The notes beneath the pieces are model-generated. The model ran no database searches, had not been told where the DNA came from, and worked only from the letters and a program-made list of their open reading frames with translations. This document shows, piece by piece, positions 29,568 through 39,484 of a DNA stretch of 64,000 nucleotides (positions within the stretch are counted from its first letter, which is position 1; the number at the start of each line of letters is the position of its first letter). The DNA comes from Candidatus Bathyarchaeota archaeon (GTDB lineage: Archaea; Thermoproteota; Bathyarchaeia; 40CM-2-53-6). Made by a program: the position numbers and the translations under genes. Location: positions 288,001 to 352,000 of the forward strand of contig CAWHWX010000016.1 of the NCBI GenBank assembly GCA_963833125.1, written 5' to 3'.

Positions 29568-31094
29568 ATGTCGGGAAGGTTGAAGCTGCTCGTCGTCCTT
29601 CTCCTAATGTCTGTTGTACTTGCGTTTCCGCCCAGAGCTAACGCGGCTATTTTCGTTTCAATTTCCCCAACATCACAAAGCGCGCCTCAAGGTAGCCAGG
29701 CTAGCTATACTGTGTCATTTAGTGGTGGATTGTTGGGGGCGACTTATGCATTCAGCCTCTCAGGCCTGAGTGGATATGCCAGCTACTATTTCTCACCTAG
29801 CCAGGTGAACGCGATCTCAGGATCCAGTACTCTGGTCATAAGCACTACACAGGTTCCTGGGACGTACTGCCCCGGAAGTTACGCATTCACTGTCAGCGTA
29901 ACCAACACTGGTGCTCCAGTGGATACAGGTTCGGCGTCCGCGAGCTTGTACGTGTCTCTCGTTCCTCCACCTTTGATTGTGGGCGTTTCGACGGATAAGT
30001 CGTCTTATGTGCAGGGTGACAAGATAATTCTGCAAGTTTCGGTGAACAGGCCGGCCGAGGGCACCATTAGCGTGAGACCCCCTAGTGGTGCGCCAATAAC
30101 GTACACCTTCGCCACGTATTCCGCAAGGATTGTGACGAGAACGCTGACTGCTTCCCAACCATACGGAACCTACACTGTAAATGTTCAGGCGGATGATTAT
30201 TGCAACTCCTTCAACAGCGCGACAACCTCCTACTCGGTCGGTCCAAACACTTACTCGGTTTCGATCCAATTATCAGGCGTACCAACACAGTATTCCGCCG
30301 CCATACAAATTGACGGAGTAAATGAGGGAACAGCTCCTGGGTCTCAACCCAAAACACTTTCGTTCCCGATTGGCACGACCCACACTCTCACGGTTGATCA
30401 ATACGTTTCCGGAGACACAGGCGTTCGATACTACTGTGCCCAGAATACTTGGAGTTTCAGTTCAACCGACAGTCACACATTCAATTACCAGACACAATAC
30501 CAACTCACGGTTACAACAAATCCTGCTAATGTGACGCAAGTTTCTGGCGGAGGTTGGTTCAACGCTGGGGACAGCGCGCAAACAAGTCAGGCCCCGCAAA
30601 CCGTCCCGGGAGCAACTGGCGTTCAGTATCAATTCCAGAATTGGACCGTAGATGGCAATCCGCAAACCGGGAACCAAATCACTGTGATCATGAATGGGCC
30701 CCACACTGCCGTTGCCACGTATGGCACGCAATACCTCCTAACACTAGTTTCGCCCGGAGGACTTGGGAATCCTCAGGGCGGGGGCTACTATAACGCAGGA
30801 TCAACTGCTCAATTCTCAGTAACCTCACCCGTAGGCTATTTGGTTCAGCAGGTTTTCGTACAATGGCAGGGCGACTACTCGGGCACATCACCGCAAGGCT
30901 CCATAACTATGGATGGCCCCAAGACTGTTAACGCAGCATGGACCACGAGCTACACAAATGCGTACCTTGCTGGCGGGGCAATCATAGTGCTTGCGCTAGT
31001 TGCGGCGGTTTTGGTTTTGCGTCGTGGCCGTAGCAAGGGAACGGCGAAAGAGACTAAACCTGAAGACAAACCCGAAGAGAAGAAGGAAAAGTAA
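29568..31094 (+). CDS. Secreted multi-Ig-like protein with divergent InlB B-repeat-like units and a C-terminal TM anchor
   Basis: Signal peptide; TQY.LTV...G.G(W/Y)Y.AG...F..W.GD...TM..P..V.A.W repeats; TM followed by a charged tail. Confidence 0.7.
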   Translation: MSGRLKLLVVLLLMSVVLAFPPRANAAIFVSISPTSQSAPQGSQASYTVSFSGGLLGATYAFSLSGLSGYASYYFSPSQVNAISGSSTLVISTTQVPGTYCPGSYAFTVSVTNTGAPVDTGSASASLYVSLVPPPLIVGVSTDKSSYVQGDKIILQVSVNRPAEGTISVRPPSGAPITYTFATYSARIVTRTLTASQPYGTYTVNVQADDYCNSFNSATTSYSVGPNTYSVSIQLSGVPTQYSAAIQIDGVNEGTAPGSQPKTLSFPIGTTHTLTVDQYVSGDTGVRYYCAQNTWSFSSTDSHTFNYQTQYQLTVTTNPANVTQVSGGGWFNAGDSAQTSQAPQTVPGATGVQYQFQNWTVDGNPQTGNQITVIMNGPHTAVATYGTQYLLTLVSPGGLGNPQGGGYYNAGSTAQFSVTSPVGYLVQQVFVQWQGDYSGTSPQGSITMDGPKTVNAAWTTSYTNAYLAGGAIIVLALVAAVLVLRRGRSKGTAKETKPEDKPEEKKEK

Positions 31095-31252
31095 CAGCTC
31101 TCGCCTCGGAAGATCTGTTAGCGCGTAAGGATTCCCCATTTGGAGCGCGTTTTACTGCGCCGTTCAAGGGGTAATTTTGCAAAGTTCTAGTCATCTAGCT
31201 TAAATAATGTCACATGGTGCGAGGTAGTTAGGAAATCAGGGTTGCATTTGTT

Positions 31253-32909
31253 GTGAGATACTCGCACTCGCTCACACTGATTAGTGTGGTAATCATCGCT
31301 ATTCTTGCATCTCCTCAGGCATATGCATCACCCGTAAGCGTCTCCATTTCACCCACCAACCAGGCCGTCCCGCAGGGAACGAGCGCATCGTATACGTTGT
31401 CTCTTACGGGCGCCTCGGCAACATCTTTCGCTCTTACCACGTCCGGCCTGTCTGGGTCGGGGGCATCGTTTTCGTCTAACCCAGTCTCGACCCCACCCGG
31501 AAGCGGCACTGGTGCGGGAAGTACCACCTTAACGATTCCTACGACGGGTGCTCCAGGGTTCTATTGCCCAGGCAGTTACTCATTCACAGTCATGGCGACA
31601 AATGCAACGGATGGCCCTTTACCCAGTCCTCCAGGTGCACAGAATCCTGAGACTGGCTCAGCCAGTGCTACGCTTACCGTTGTTCAAGTTGGTCCACCAC
31701 TTTCAGTCAGTGTCGCAGCGGATAAGTCTGTGTATACTGTTGGCGATAAAGTAACGATTCTTTTGTCGGCGAACAGGCCTGCTGAGGGTCGGCTCACTAT
31801 ATCCCCTCCATCTGGAGCGCCGTCAGTCTTCGATTACCAGCTGCTCCTAGGAAGTTATAGCATAACTAAAACCCTAACGGCATCTACGATCGGGCACTGG
31901 ACGGTGTCATTTCAAGCCGACGACTACTGCTCTGGAGTTAGTAGCGCACAAACCTCTTTCGACGTGTCACCGAACACTTACGATGTTTCACTCTCACTCA
32001 ATGGCGTCGCAACGCAATACTCGGCGCAAGTGCAGGTTGACGGGCAACCTCAAGGAACGATCGGAGGTGGACAGATCGAGAAACTTACTTTCAAGCTTAA
32101 CACCTCACACACGATCTCTGTCGATCAATATGTCGCTGGAGACACTGGTGTACGCTTCTACTGCGCTCAGAATACTCTTAGCGTGACTTCGAGTGGAAGC
32201 TTCACCTTCTCGTATCAAACGCAGTACCAATTTACCATAGATACTGATCCCACCGGTGTGACCCCAGTTACCGGGGGCGGCTGGTTCCCCGCAGGAACCT
32301 CGGTTCAAACTAGTCAAGCACCTCAGGTCGTTGCCGGGGGTACAGGGACGCAGTACGCGTTCAAGGGTTGGGAAGTTAATGGGACTCCGCAATCAGGAAA
32401 TCCAATCTCAGTTACGCTCGATAAACCTTACACGGCCATTGCAAAGTACACTACCCAATATCAACTCGTTGTGGACTCGGCTTATGGTAATCCGCAAGGT
32501 TCAGGCTATTATGACGCGGGCTCTCAGCGCGCAGTTTTCTGTGACAAGCCCATCAGGCTTTCCCATCCAACAAATTTTCGCCGGGTGGCAGGGAGACTAT
32601 ACAGGCACCTCGGCACAGGGTTCGATCACGATGGACAAACCGCATGTTGTCACCGCCGTTTGGTCCACCAGCTACTTACCCCTCATCGCGATAATTGTCG
32701 TAGCTGCCGCAATCGTTGGCGGTCTTCTGCTCTGGCGGTCGAAGCGACGTCCCCCACCAGAAACAAAACCTACCCCAGGTACAACTGCGAACACAAGTAC
32801 CGCGGCAACTGGAGGGACGGGGGCGCTCAAGTGCGAAAAGTGTGGCACAGAAAACTCCTCGGACCAAAAGTTCTGCACAAACTGCGGCGGAGAATTAAAG
32901 CAACGCTGA
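31253..32909 (+). CDS. Paralogous surface protein with cytoplasmic zinc ribbon, apparent frameshift near 32525
   Basis: Shares YCPGSY.FTV, QADDYC and GDTGVR.YCAQNT with the 29568 gene; ends TM then KCEKCG...KFCTNCG. Confidence 0.7.
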
Positions 32910-32957
32910 AAACATCACCCTTAACCGCGCTCTCCGCTACACCCGCATCGTCGGGCA

Positions 32958-34034
32958 ATGAGCTCAGTTACGGATTCTCAGGATGAGTCAAACCGCCCAA
33001 ACACATTATTCTTCGTACTGTCCGGCGAGCACCAGTCACTACCAGCGGCTGAGATTGAAGCCATACTTGAATCGGAAGGATTCCAATACTCATCCGTCGC
33101 TTCCACCTATCGACTTCTCACTCTAGCAGCACCTGCCAAGGCCCTGACGAGAGTGGCAGCGAGGAGTCTGATGTACAATTGGTGTGGCGTTCGCGTGGGC
33201 GAATGCGAGGCAGACGAACGTCAAATCCTGAGCTTCGTGAAAAATCAGCCTTTGGACGAATTAACAAAGGGAGTTCACACTTTTGCGGTCCGTTCAACTC
33301 GGATAGGAGGAGTAACCAGACCTATTCAACGCGTCAAATTGGAGCGAGATGTCGGTTCAGTCGTGAAAGAGTCCGTTCCGAGGTTAACGGTTGAGCTAGA
33401 GCATCCGGACCTAACCTTTGCCTGCATTCTATATGGAACCCAGTTCATGTTCGGCATATCTGGCGTTAAGAAACCCTCCGGCCTAATGGCACCTAGGAGG
33501 CCACGAAAGCGGCCCGTATTTCATCCCTCCACTATGCCCCCGAAGATCGCTCGGTGCATGGTTAACCTCGCCAGAGCAAAACCATGGTCACTGTTCGCAG
33601 ATCCCTTTTGCGGAGTTGGGGGTATTCTGATCGAGGCTGCAGTAATCGGGTGCAGTGTGTTAGGAGAGGATGTCAGCACACGGATGCTTAGAGGGGCGCG
33701 GCGTAATCTTCGTTACTTCAATCTCGATGCGTTGGGTTTCGTTCGTGCCGACGCTCGGACCCCTCCCTATAGGGGGGGGTGGGGTGCTATGGCAACAGAC
33801 CCGCCGTATGGTCGGGGGTCGTCGACGTTCGGAGTGCGGCTGGCGAAGCTTGCGAAGGAGTTTCTCAGTGGGGCAAGGGATTCGTTGAGTAAGGGCGCAT
33901 GCCTTTGTATTTCTGCGCCGATTGAGATTGACATCGAGACCTATGGCCGCGATGCCGGTTTCAGACTGAAGGAAAGACACGCTGTGAAGGTTCACCGAAG
34001 CCTAACTAGGCAGTTCGTCGTTCTACAACATTAG
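32958..34034 (+). CDS. THUMP-domain tRNA (guanine-N2)-methyltransferase, Trm11/TrmG10-like
   Basis: LSGEH..LP.AE, RPVFHPSTMPPKIARCMVNL, DPFCGVGG.LIEA, TDPPYGR, VHRSLTR. Confidence 0.85.
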   Translation: MSSVTDSQDESNRPNTLFFVLSGEHQSLPAAEIEAILESEGFQYSSVASTYRLLTLAAPAKALTRVAARSLMYNWCGVRVGECEADERQILSFVKNQPLDELTKGVHTFAVRSTRIGGVTRPIQRVKLERDVGSVVKESVPRLTVELEHPDLTFACILYGTQFMFGISGVKKPSGLMAPRRPRKRPVFHPSTMPPKIARCMVNLARAKPWSLFADPFCGVGGILIEAAVIGCSVLGEDVSTRMLRGARRNLRYFNLDALGFVRADARTPPYRGGWGAMATDPPYGRGSSTFGVRLAKLAKEFLSGARDSLSKGACLCISAPIEIDIETYGRDAGFRLKERHAVKVHRSLTRQFVVLQH

Positions 34035-34035
34035 A

Positions 34036-34956
34036 ATGGAATCGAAAATGCCGGTCTCTGTGACATTCCTCGGGACGGGCGGAAGTGTTCCGAACAAATT
34101 CAGAAACCTACCCAGCGTGTTAGTGCGGCTAGGTCCCGAACTTTTGCTGTTTGATTGTGGTGAGGGGACACAGCGGCAATTCCTGCAGGCCAGAGGCGGT
34201 GTGAATAGGAAGATGCGGATATTCATCAGCCACCTACACGGAGATCACGTGTTCGGGCTTCCGGGATTGATTCATTCACTCTCATTCATGGGACGAAGGC
34301 GCGAGCTAGAGATCGTAGGTCCGAAGGGCATTGCGAAGCTCGTGACCTCAGTCAACAACGTAGTCAAGCTCTATTCGAATTATCCAATCCGAATCCTCGA
34401 AACCAAGGCAGGCTACAAAATCAGGGATCCCCAATACACGGTTCAAGTCGCATCGGCGAAGCACGGAATCCCGTGCCTAGCCTACGCTTTTGAGGAAAAA
34501 CCAAGACCAGGCAGATTCGATCCCGCGAAAGCAAGAAGATTAGGCGTGCCAGAGGGACCCCTTTGGAAGAAGCTGCAGTCAGGCAAATCGATCAAGCTTG
34601 GACGCCGTCGGTTAGCGCCTCGGCTCGTAGTCGGACCTCCGAGAAGAGGGGTAAAGATTACTTATGCCGTCGACACCCGCCCCTGCCCTCAAGTAATCAA
34701 GCTTGCCCACGGCTCGGACCTGCTCATACACGACAGCTGTTTCGATGAGTCTGCATCCACCAGAGCGCGTGAGTACGGCCACTCAACGGCAGCGGAAGCA
34801 GCCCGAGTCGCGAAGAAGAGTAGGTCTCGAAGGCTAGCACTATTCCACATTAGCGCCATGTACGAAGACGCGAGCCCACTCCTCCGTCAGGCAAAGGCGA
34901 TCTTCCCTAACACCATCCTTCCGCAGGACATGGTCACCGTCTCCGTCGATGCATAA
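34036..34956 (+). CDS. rnz: Ribonuclease Z
   Basis: FLGTGGSVP...RN, FDCGEGTQRQ, ISHLHGDHVFGL, GVPEGP exosite, DTRPC, GHST, HISA.Y. Confidence 0.95.
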   Translation: MESKMPVSVTFLGTGGSVPNKFRNLPSVLVRLGPELLLFDCGEGTQRQFLQARGGVNRKMRIFISHLHGDHVFGLPGLIHSLSFMGRRRELEIVGPKGIAKLVTSVNNVVKLYSNYPIRILETKAGYKIRDPQYTVQVASAKHGIPCLAYAFEEKPRPGRFDPAKARRLGVPEGPLWKKLQSGKSIKLGRRRLAPRLVVGPPRRGVKITYAVDTRPCPQVIKLAHGSDLLIHDSCFDESASTRAREYGHSTAAEAARVAKKSRSRRLALFHISAMYEDASPLLRQAKAIFPNTILPQDMVTVSVDA

Positions 34957-35374
34957 CTTCAGTATCTTGGTGCAGGTTTGGGGGCGAAGCTAAGTAATCG
35001 ATTACTGACAGCGGATTATCGCAATCTAATTCAATCGAGATCGGTCCGTTCGGTGATTCTCCAACCGCTTCGCAGAAAGATACGCGCCCCATGAATGCTG
35101 CCTGTTTATTCAAATAGATCTGAATTCTTTGCCCGCTCATGTTGTGAATAAGAACTGATCTTGCAGCGTTTCGAATTCTCTCCTGTTTGATTAGATTGCG
35201 AATGTTGGCTAGGGACTCAAACCCGGTCCCCCGAATCGTCAAAATCACCGTTTCACCTGGTCCAGTAATTTTCTCGATGTGTGCCGATGGGAAGAGCTTC
35301 AGCAGGGCTCGTTCAACCTTTGCCTGATCTTCAGTTGGTTGAAGTTGCGTTTTCGCTACGATGGTTAAGTTCAT
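34934..35374 (-). CDS. DUF54/UPF0201 putative RNA-binding protein
   Basis: PTED..KV..AL..LFP, ERI..AAR, LNKQAAF.GRV, GPI. Confidence 0.8.
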   Translation of the reverse strand: MNLTIVAKTQLQPTEDQAKVERALLKLFPSAHIEKITGPGETVILTIRGTGFESLANIRNLIKQERIRNAARSVLIHNMSGQRIQIYLNKQAAFMGRVSFCEAVGESPNGPISIELDCDNPLSVIDYLASPPNLHQDTEVMHRRRR

Positions 35375-35925
35375 TCCGAGTTCAGCTTATCTAGCGCTGC
35401 TTTGAAACTCGACTGAAGCATATCGATCGTACCTTCGTTCACCAGAACCACATCGGCTAGAGCAATCACGTGTCCTAATCCAACGTTCAGTTCGCGAGTG
35501 TCACGTTCGTAGAATGTCTCCCAGGTTCTAGGGTCGTCGCTCCTGCCTCTTGCGAGGAGCCGCTGGAATCTTGTTTTTGGTGAGGCGTGTATGGCGAATG
35601 TTAGAACCTCGAATTTGTTTCTTAGTTCCAGGAGTTCATCTTCACTCCTTATTCCCTCAACGATAAGCGTCGCTGACCGGTTTGCTTCGATCTTCGGCAC
35701 CAACCTCTTCACCACGACGGTCGGGCCCTCATCCTTTCTCACCTGTAGCATAACGCTTCCCACGTTCTTCGGAGTCGGTTCTAACCCCCTTCGCTGAGTC
35801 TCCTCCCTGATTACATCGCCTAGAACCAAGACCTCTAATCCAAGCCTCTTTCCGGCTAAGGATGCAACACCTTTACCCGCGCCGGGCATGCCTGAAATCG
35901 CAATCACTCGTTTTTTCGTTTGCAT
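35371..35925 (-). CDS. P-loop kinase, UPF0200 / archaeal dephospho-CoA-kinase-like
   Basis: ISGMPGAGKG, GDVIREE, EGIRS..E, RF.RL..RGR.DD, RD.REL..GLG. Confidence 0.8.
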   Translation of the reverse strand: MQTKKRVIAISGMPGAGKGVASLAGKRLGLEVLVLGDVIREETQRRGLEPTPKNVGSVMLQVRKDEGPTVVVKRLVPKIEANRSATLIVEGIRSEDELLELRNKFEVLTFAIHASPKTRFQRLLARGRSDDPRTWETFYERDTRELNVGLGHVIALADVVLVNEGTIDMLQSSFKAALDKLNSE

Positions 35926-36018
35926 GCGCTCGTCGCCTTCTCCTTTGTTCTAGCGGCACTCTGTGCCGTGAATCGTTAAATTCAGTCATTCAATATTAGC
36001 CTTCGCTGGAAGAACATA

Positions 36019-36591
36019 TTGTCCCAAGAACGAGTGCGAAGTTTCGTGTCAGTAGATCTAGATGATCCGACAATATTAGATCGCATAACTGCCGCCCAAC
36101 GAAGTCTGGAGCAGACCCGCGCAAGCTTGAAGATTGTTGATCCAGCGATAATGCATCTAACCTTAAGGTTCCTAGGCGAGATTCCGCAGGCAACGGTGGA
36201 ACAAGTCAAAGCGGGGATGGATGAGCTGCGATTTCAAACGTTCGATGTTCAATTTGCTGGTCTCGGTGCATTTCCGAATCTCAGGAGAATAAGTGTGGTC
36301 TGGGTTGGAATAACGCAAGGGCATGGGGAGTTGGGTGCAATCTTTCAGCAACTTGAACCAAGGTTTCGGAAGATTGGCCTTCCACCTGATGACAAGAGTT
36401 TCAGCCCTCACATGACAATCGCACGTGTCAGATCAGGGCTAAACAGAGAGGCGTTAGCTACGTTCATCGAAAGCATGCAAGAACACGACTTTGGGAAGAT
36501 GACTGTGAAGGCGGTCAGACTAAAGAAAAGTACGTTGACACCGAAAGGCCCCATTTACACAACGATTCACGAAGTAAACTCCCTTCCTTAG
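36019..36591 (+). CDS. thpR: RNA 2',3'-cyclic phosphodiesterase (2H family)
   Basis: Two HxT motifs (HLTLRFLGE, PHMTIAR); KSTLTPKGPIY. Confidence 0.93.
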   Translation: MSQERVRSFVSVDLDDPTILDRITAAQRSLEQTRASLKIVDPAIMHLTLRFLGEIPQATVEQVKAGMDELRFQTFDVQFAGLGAFPNLRRISVVWVGITQGHGELGAIFQQLEPRFRKIGLPPDDKSFSPHMTIARVRSGLNREALATFIESMQEHDFGKMTVKAVRLKKSTLTPKGPIYTTIHEVNSLP

Positions 36592-36611
36592 GGGAGAGCT
36601 AGTGTTCTCTC

Positions 36612-38042
36612 TTGCCCAGCCTCGCGTCGGTGTGCCGTAAGGTAAAGCCGGAGATAATTCCGAATTCAGAATTACGAGCCGCCGTTCAGGAGAAAGCTGA
36701 GGAAATTAGAGCCGCCGTAGAGCGTGAATGCACGAGAGCAGGGCTTTCAGCAGAAGTGCGACTTAACGGCTCGGTGGCGAAGGATACTTGGATTCGGGAT
36801 TATGCTGATGTCGACGTATTCATGAGAGTATCGCCCAACCTCACGAAAACCCAACTCCGCGAGGTTTGCTTACCGCCTGCCAAACGCGCACTCTACCCTA
36901 ACAAGATAGTTGAGAGGTTCGCGGAACACCCATACGTCGAATCCTTCGTAGAACTCAGTAAACGAAGAAAGCTTCGAGTCAACGTCGTCCCATGTTACAA
37001 CGTCCAATGGAGCCAATGGTTAAGCGCTACGGACAGAAGTCCTTACCACACCGAATACATCCGCCAACACCTCACCCTTCAGCAGCGTGATGAGGTGCGA
37101 TTGCTCAAGGCATTCATGAGGGGCATCGGCGCTTACGGTGCCGATACGAAGACCGGAGGTTTTAGCGGGATGCTATGTGAAACCCTCGTCGCATCTCGCG
37201 GCGAATTTGAGCGAGTGGTAGAGGATTTTACGGTTTGGCACGAGTCTCAGTATATCGACCTAGAACACTACTATCAAGACAGAGCAGATGAAGTGCATCG
37301 AATATTTCAGGACCCCCTGATTGTGATCGACCCCGTAGACAAAGGCAGAAACCTCGGCGCAGCGGTTCGTCGAGAGCAGTTGTGGAATTTTGTTGCCGCC
37401 TGCAGATCCCTCCTCGCAGAACCTTCAACAACATTCTTTCAGGAACCCAGAATCCGAGGACTGACCGCCGCCCAATATAGAAAGCAGGTGAAGATGCGTG
37501 GATCAACAATTCTCGCCATCGTAGTTGGAAGGATGGACATAGTCGTCGACATCCTTTGGAGTCAATTGTATAGAACTGAAAGGGCGCTAGTGAACCTGCT
37601 CCGGAGCAACGACTTCAGCATCATTAGATCCATATCCTGGAGCGATGAAAAATCCCTGAACGTGATTCTAATTGAATTGGAACAAGATGAACTTCCTTCC
37701 TCGAAGAGGCATCTTGGGCCCCCTGTTTCCAGGTCTACTGAAAGCGCCTCATTCCTAAAGAAACATCTGGGAAGCAAAGTTACGGTTTCAGGTCCGTGGC
37801 TGGAGGGAGGGAGATGGGTGGTTGAGAAGAGACGAGGGGTCCCTTCAGCAATTGGGCTTTTGAAAACGGCATTGAAATCGGGAGGCAGTGACATCGGCGT
37901 TGCTTCGGAACCCGCCCGTTGCTTTAGAAGGCGGGTTCAGGTTCTGAGGGATGAATCCTTGGGAGGCCTGATCTCAAGGAATCAAGAGTTTGCAAGAGCA
38001 ATGAATACGCTCCTCTCCGGGAGGCCTGCGTGGCTTGAATGA
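36612..38042 (+). CDS. cca: Archaeal class I CCA-adding enzyme
   Basis: GSVAKDTW....DVDVF, AEHPYV, SATDRSPYHT, EVRLLK.F..GIG.YG, GFSG.LCE, IDPVD..RN. Confidence 0.93.
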   Translation: MPSLASVCRKVKPEIIPNSELRAAVQEKAEEIRAAVERECTRAGLSAEVRLNGSVAKDTWIRDYADVDVFMRVSPNLTKTQLREVCLPPAKRALYPNKIVERFAEHPYVESFVELSKRRKLRVNVVPCYNVQWSQWLSATDRSPYHTEYIRQHLTLQQRDEVRLLKAFMRGIGAYGADTKTGGFSGMLCETLVASRGEFERVVEDFTVWHESQYIDLEHYYQDRADEVHRIFQDPLIVIDPVDKGRNLGAAVRREQLWNFVAACRSLLAEPSTTFFQEPRIRGLTAAQYRKQVKMRGSTILAIVVGRMDIVVDILWSQLYRTERALVNLLRSNDFSIIRSISWSDEKSLNVILIELEQDELPSSKRHLGPPVSRSTESASFLKKHLGSKVTVSGPWLEGGRWVVEKRRGVPSAIGLLKTALKSGGSDIGVASEPARCFRRRVQVLRDESLGGLISRNQEFARAMNTLLSGRPAWLE

Positions 38043-38797
38043 AATCCAGCCAGTTCGGCTCAAGGACATACCCGGTACTCGGTACGAGCGTATCCTCACC
38101 TATCCAGCCGCCGACCGAAGTCAGGCTGAAGCGAGAGTCAAGGAACTGGCATCCATAGGGGTTACTGCGATTCGCTTCATTGGCCACACAACGATAGGTG
38201 GGATTCCAATACTGGGCAAAGGTTGCGTGGGTATAGTCACTCAAGCGGTAATGGACGGCAAACCTGTGGCGGTTAAGATGAGGCGTTTGGACGCCGACCG
38301 CCCGTCAATGAATGAAGAGGCCAGGTTTCTGCGGTTAGCGAATGCGGTGAGGGTTGGGCCTCGACTTGTCGCGGCAACGAGGAATCTGTTGGCTATGGAA
38401 CTCTTCGATGGAGTTCCGTTATTCAGATGGGCGGAGGGGTCAGTGGGCAGAATCGGGGACCTGAAGCAAGTTCTTTCGGATCTGCTCAACGCTTGCTTCC
38501 GGCTTGACGTAGTCGGTTTGGATCACGGCGAGCTGAGCCATGCACCAAGGAACGTTCTAATCGGCCAGTGATAATGAGCCATGCATTGTGGATTTTGAAA
38601 GCGCAAGCATGGTTAGACGCGTGGCAAACGTAACGTCGCTGCTGCAATACTTTTTGTTCGGCAGTCTCTCCAAAACCCTACATAGCTCAAGGATTTTTCC
38701 GGCGAAGAGAAAAATCCTGAACGCTCTAACCGAATACAAACAGGAAGGGTCGATCGAAAGTTACGAGCATGTTCTTCAAGCCCTCAAACTCGTATGA
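38035..38797 (+). CDS. Atypical Ser/Thr kinase (RIO/Bud32-like), apparent frameshift near 38570
   Basis: LGKG..GIV, VAVK, GLDHGELS...RNVL, then DFESAS in the next frame. Confidence 0.8.
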
Positions 38798-38808
38798 AAG
38801 ATTATTAT
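38796..38808 (+). promoter_or_regulatory. Putative BRE/TATA promoter of tRNA-Pro
   Basis: GAAAGATTATTAT, about 30 nt upstream of tRNA position 1. Confidence 0.45.
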
Positions 38809-38835
38809 GAGCCCTGGAGCGTCTTTGCGGAGGGC

Positions 38836-39018
38836 GGGGCCGTCGTCTAGAAGAGAATCAAGGCGTTGCCTCTCTGGACAACTTGGTCTGGGAACACGAT
38901 TTCCGCCAACAGGATACCAGAGCGCAGATGCGCGCGGTGAACCTGGGGCGCTGGCGTCCCTAAGAAACAAAGGTCTCAGGGCCAGAGGTCGTGGGTTCAA
39001 ATCCCACCGGCCCCACCA
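38836..39018 (+). tRNA. tRNA-Pro(GGG) with four introns and encoded CCA
   Basis: Exons 38836-38850, 38882-38889, 38911-38920, 38942-38956 and 38988-39018 join to GGGGCCG TC GTCT AGCTTGGTCTA GGAT A CCAGC CTGGGGC GCTGG CGGTC GTGGG TTCAAAT CCCAC CGGCCCC A CCA, a complete 79-nt cloverleaf. Confidence 0.93.
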
Positions 39019-39484
39019 TACATCGAACCGACCCCACTACTCAGTGAAATAGCTACATTCGCTTTCTATCTTAAGAAAAATGGTTATCGGGAATCAACAA
39101 TCAGGGGATCCCGCCACAGTAGGAACCGACCCGGTTCGTAAATTGGCCGCGTCGAGCGTCCTGCGTTAGGAAGAACCGTTACTGAGAAGCAAGTGACTAG
39201 AGAGCAAGAACATTGAGGCATTGAACATTCTTATGCGGATTTTGTCTACCTTTTCCTATCAACCGTAGACTATCCGTTCCTCTTCAAGGGTGGGGTTGAA
39301 GAGGTATGTACATAAGAGTTAACGTTTGGCAGTTAGTAAATACGTTGAGAACGACGACAAAGCAAACGAAGCGCAAGAAAGAGAAGACACAACCGTTACT
39401 ACAGAACTTGGAGACCACCGACCACACGCGCGAACGAGGTCTTATTAACTTCAGAAATCCCGTCTGCCGTAGGGTACGTGTTCC

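Noticed and set aside
38776-39052. ORFs 38807-39052 (+) and 38776-39000 (-)
   Set aside because: They overlap the intron-containing tRNA-Pro and have no protein motifs.
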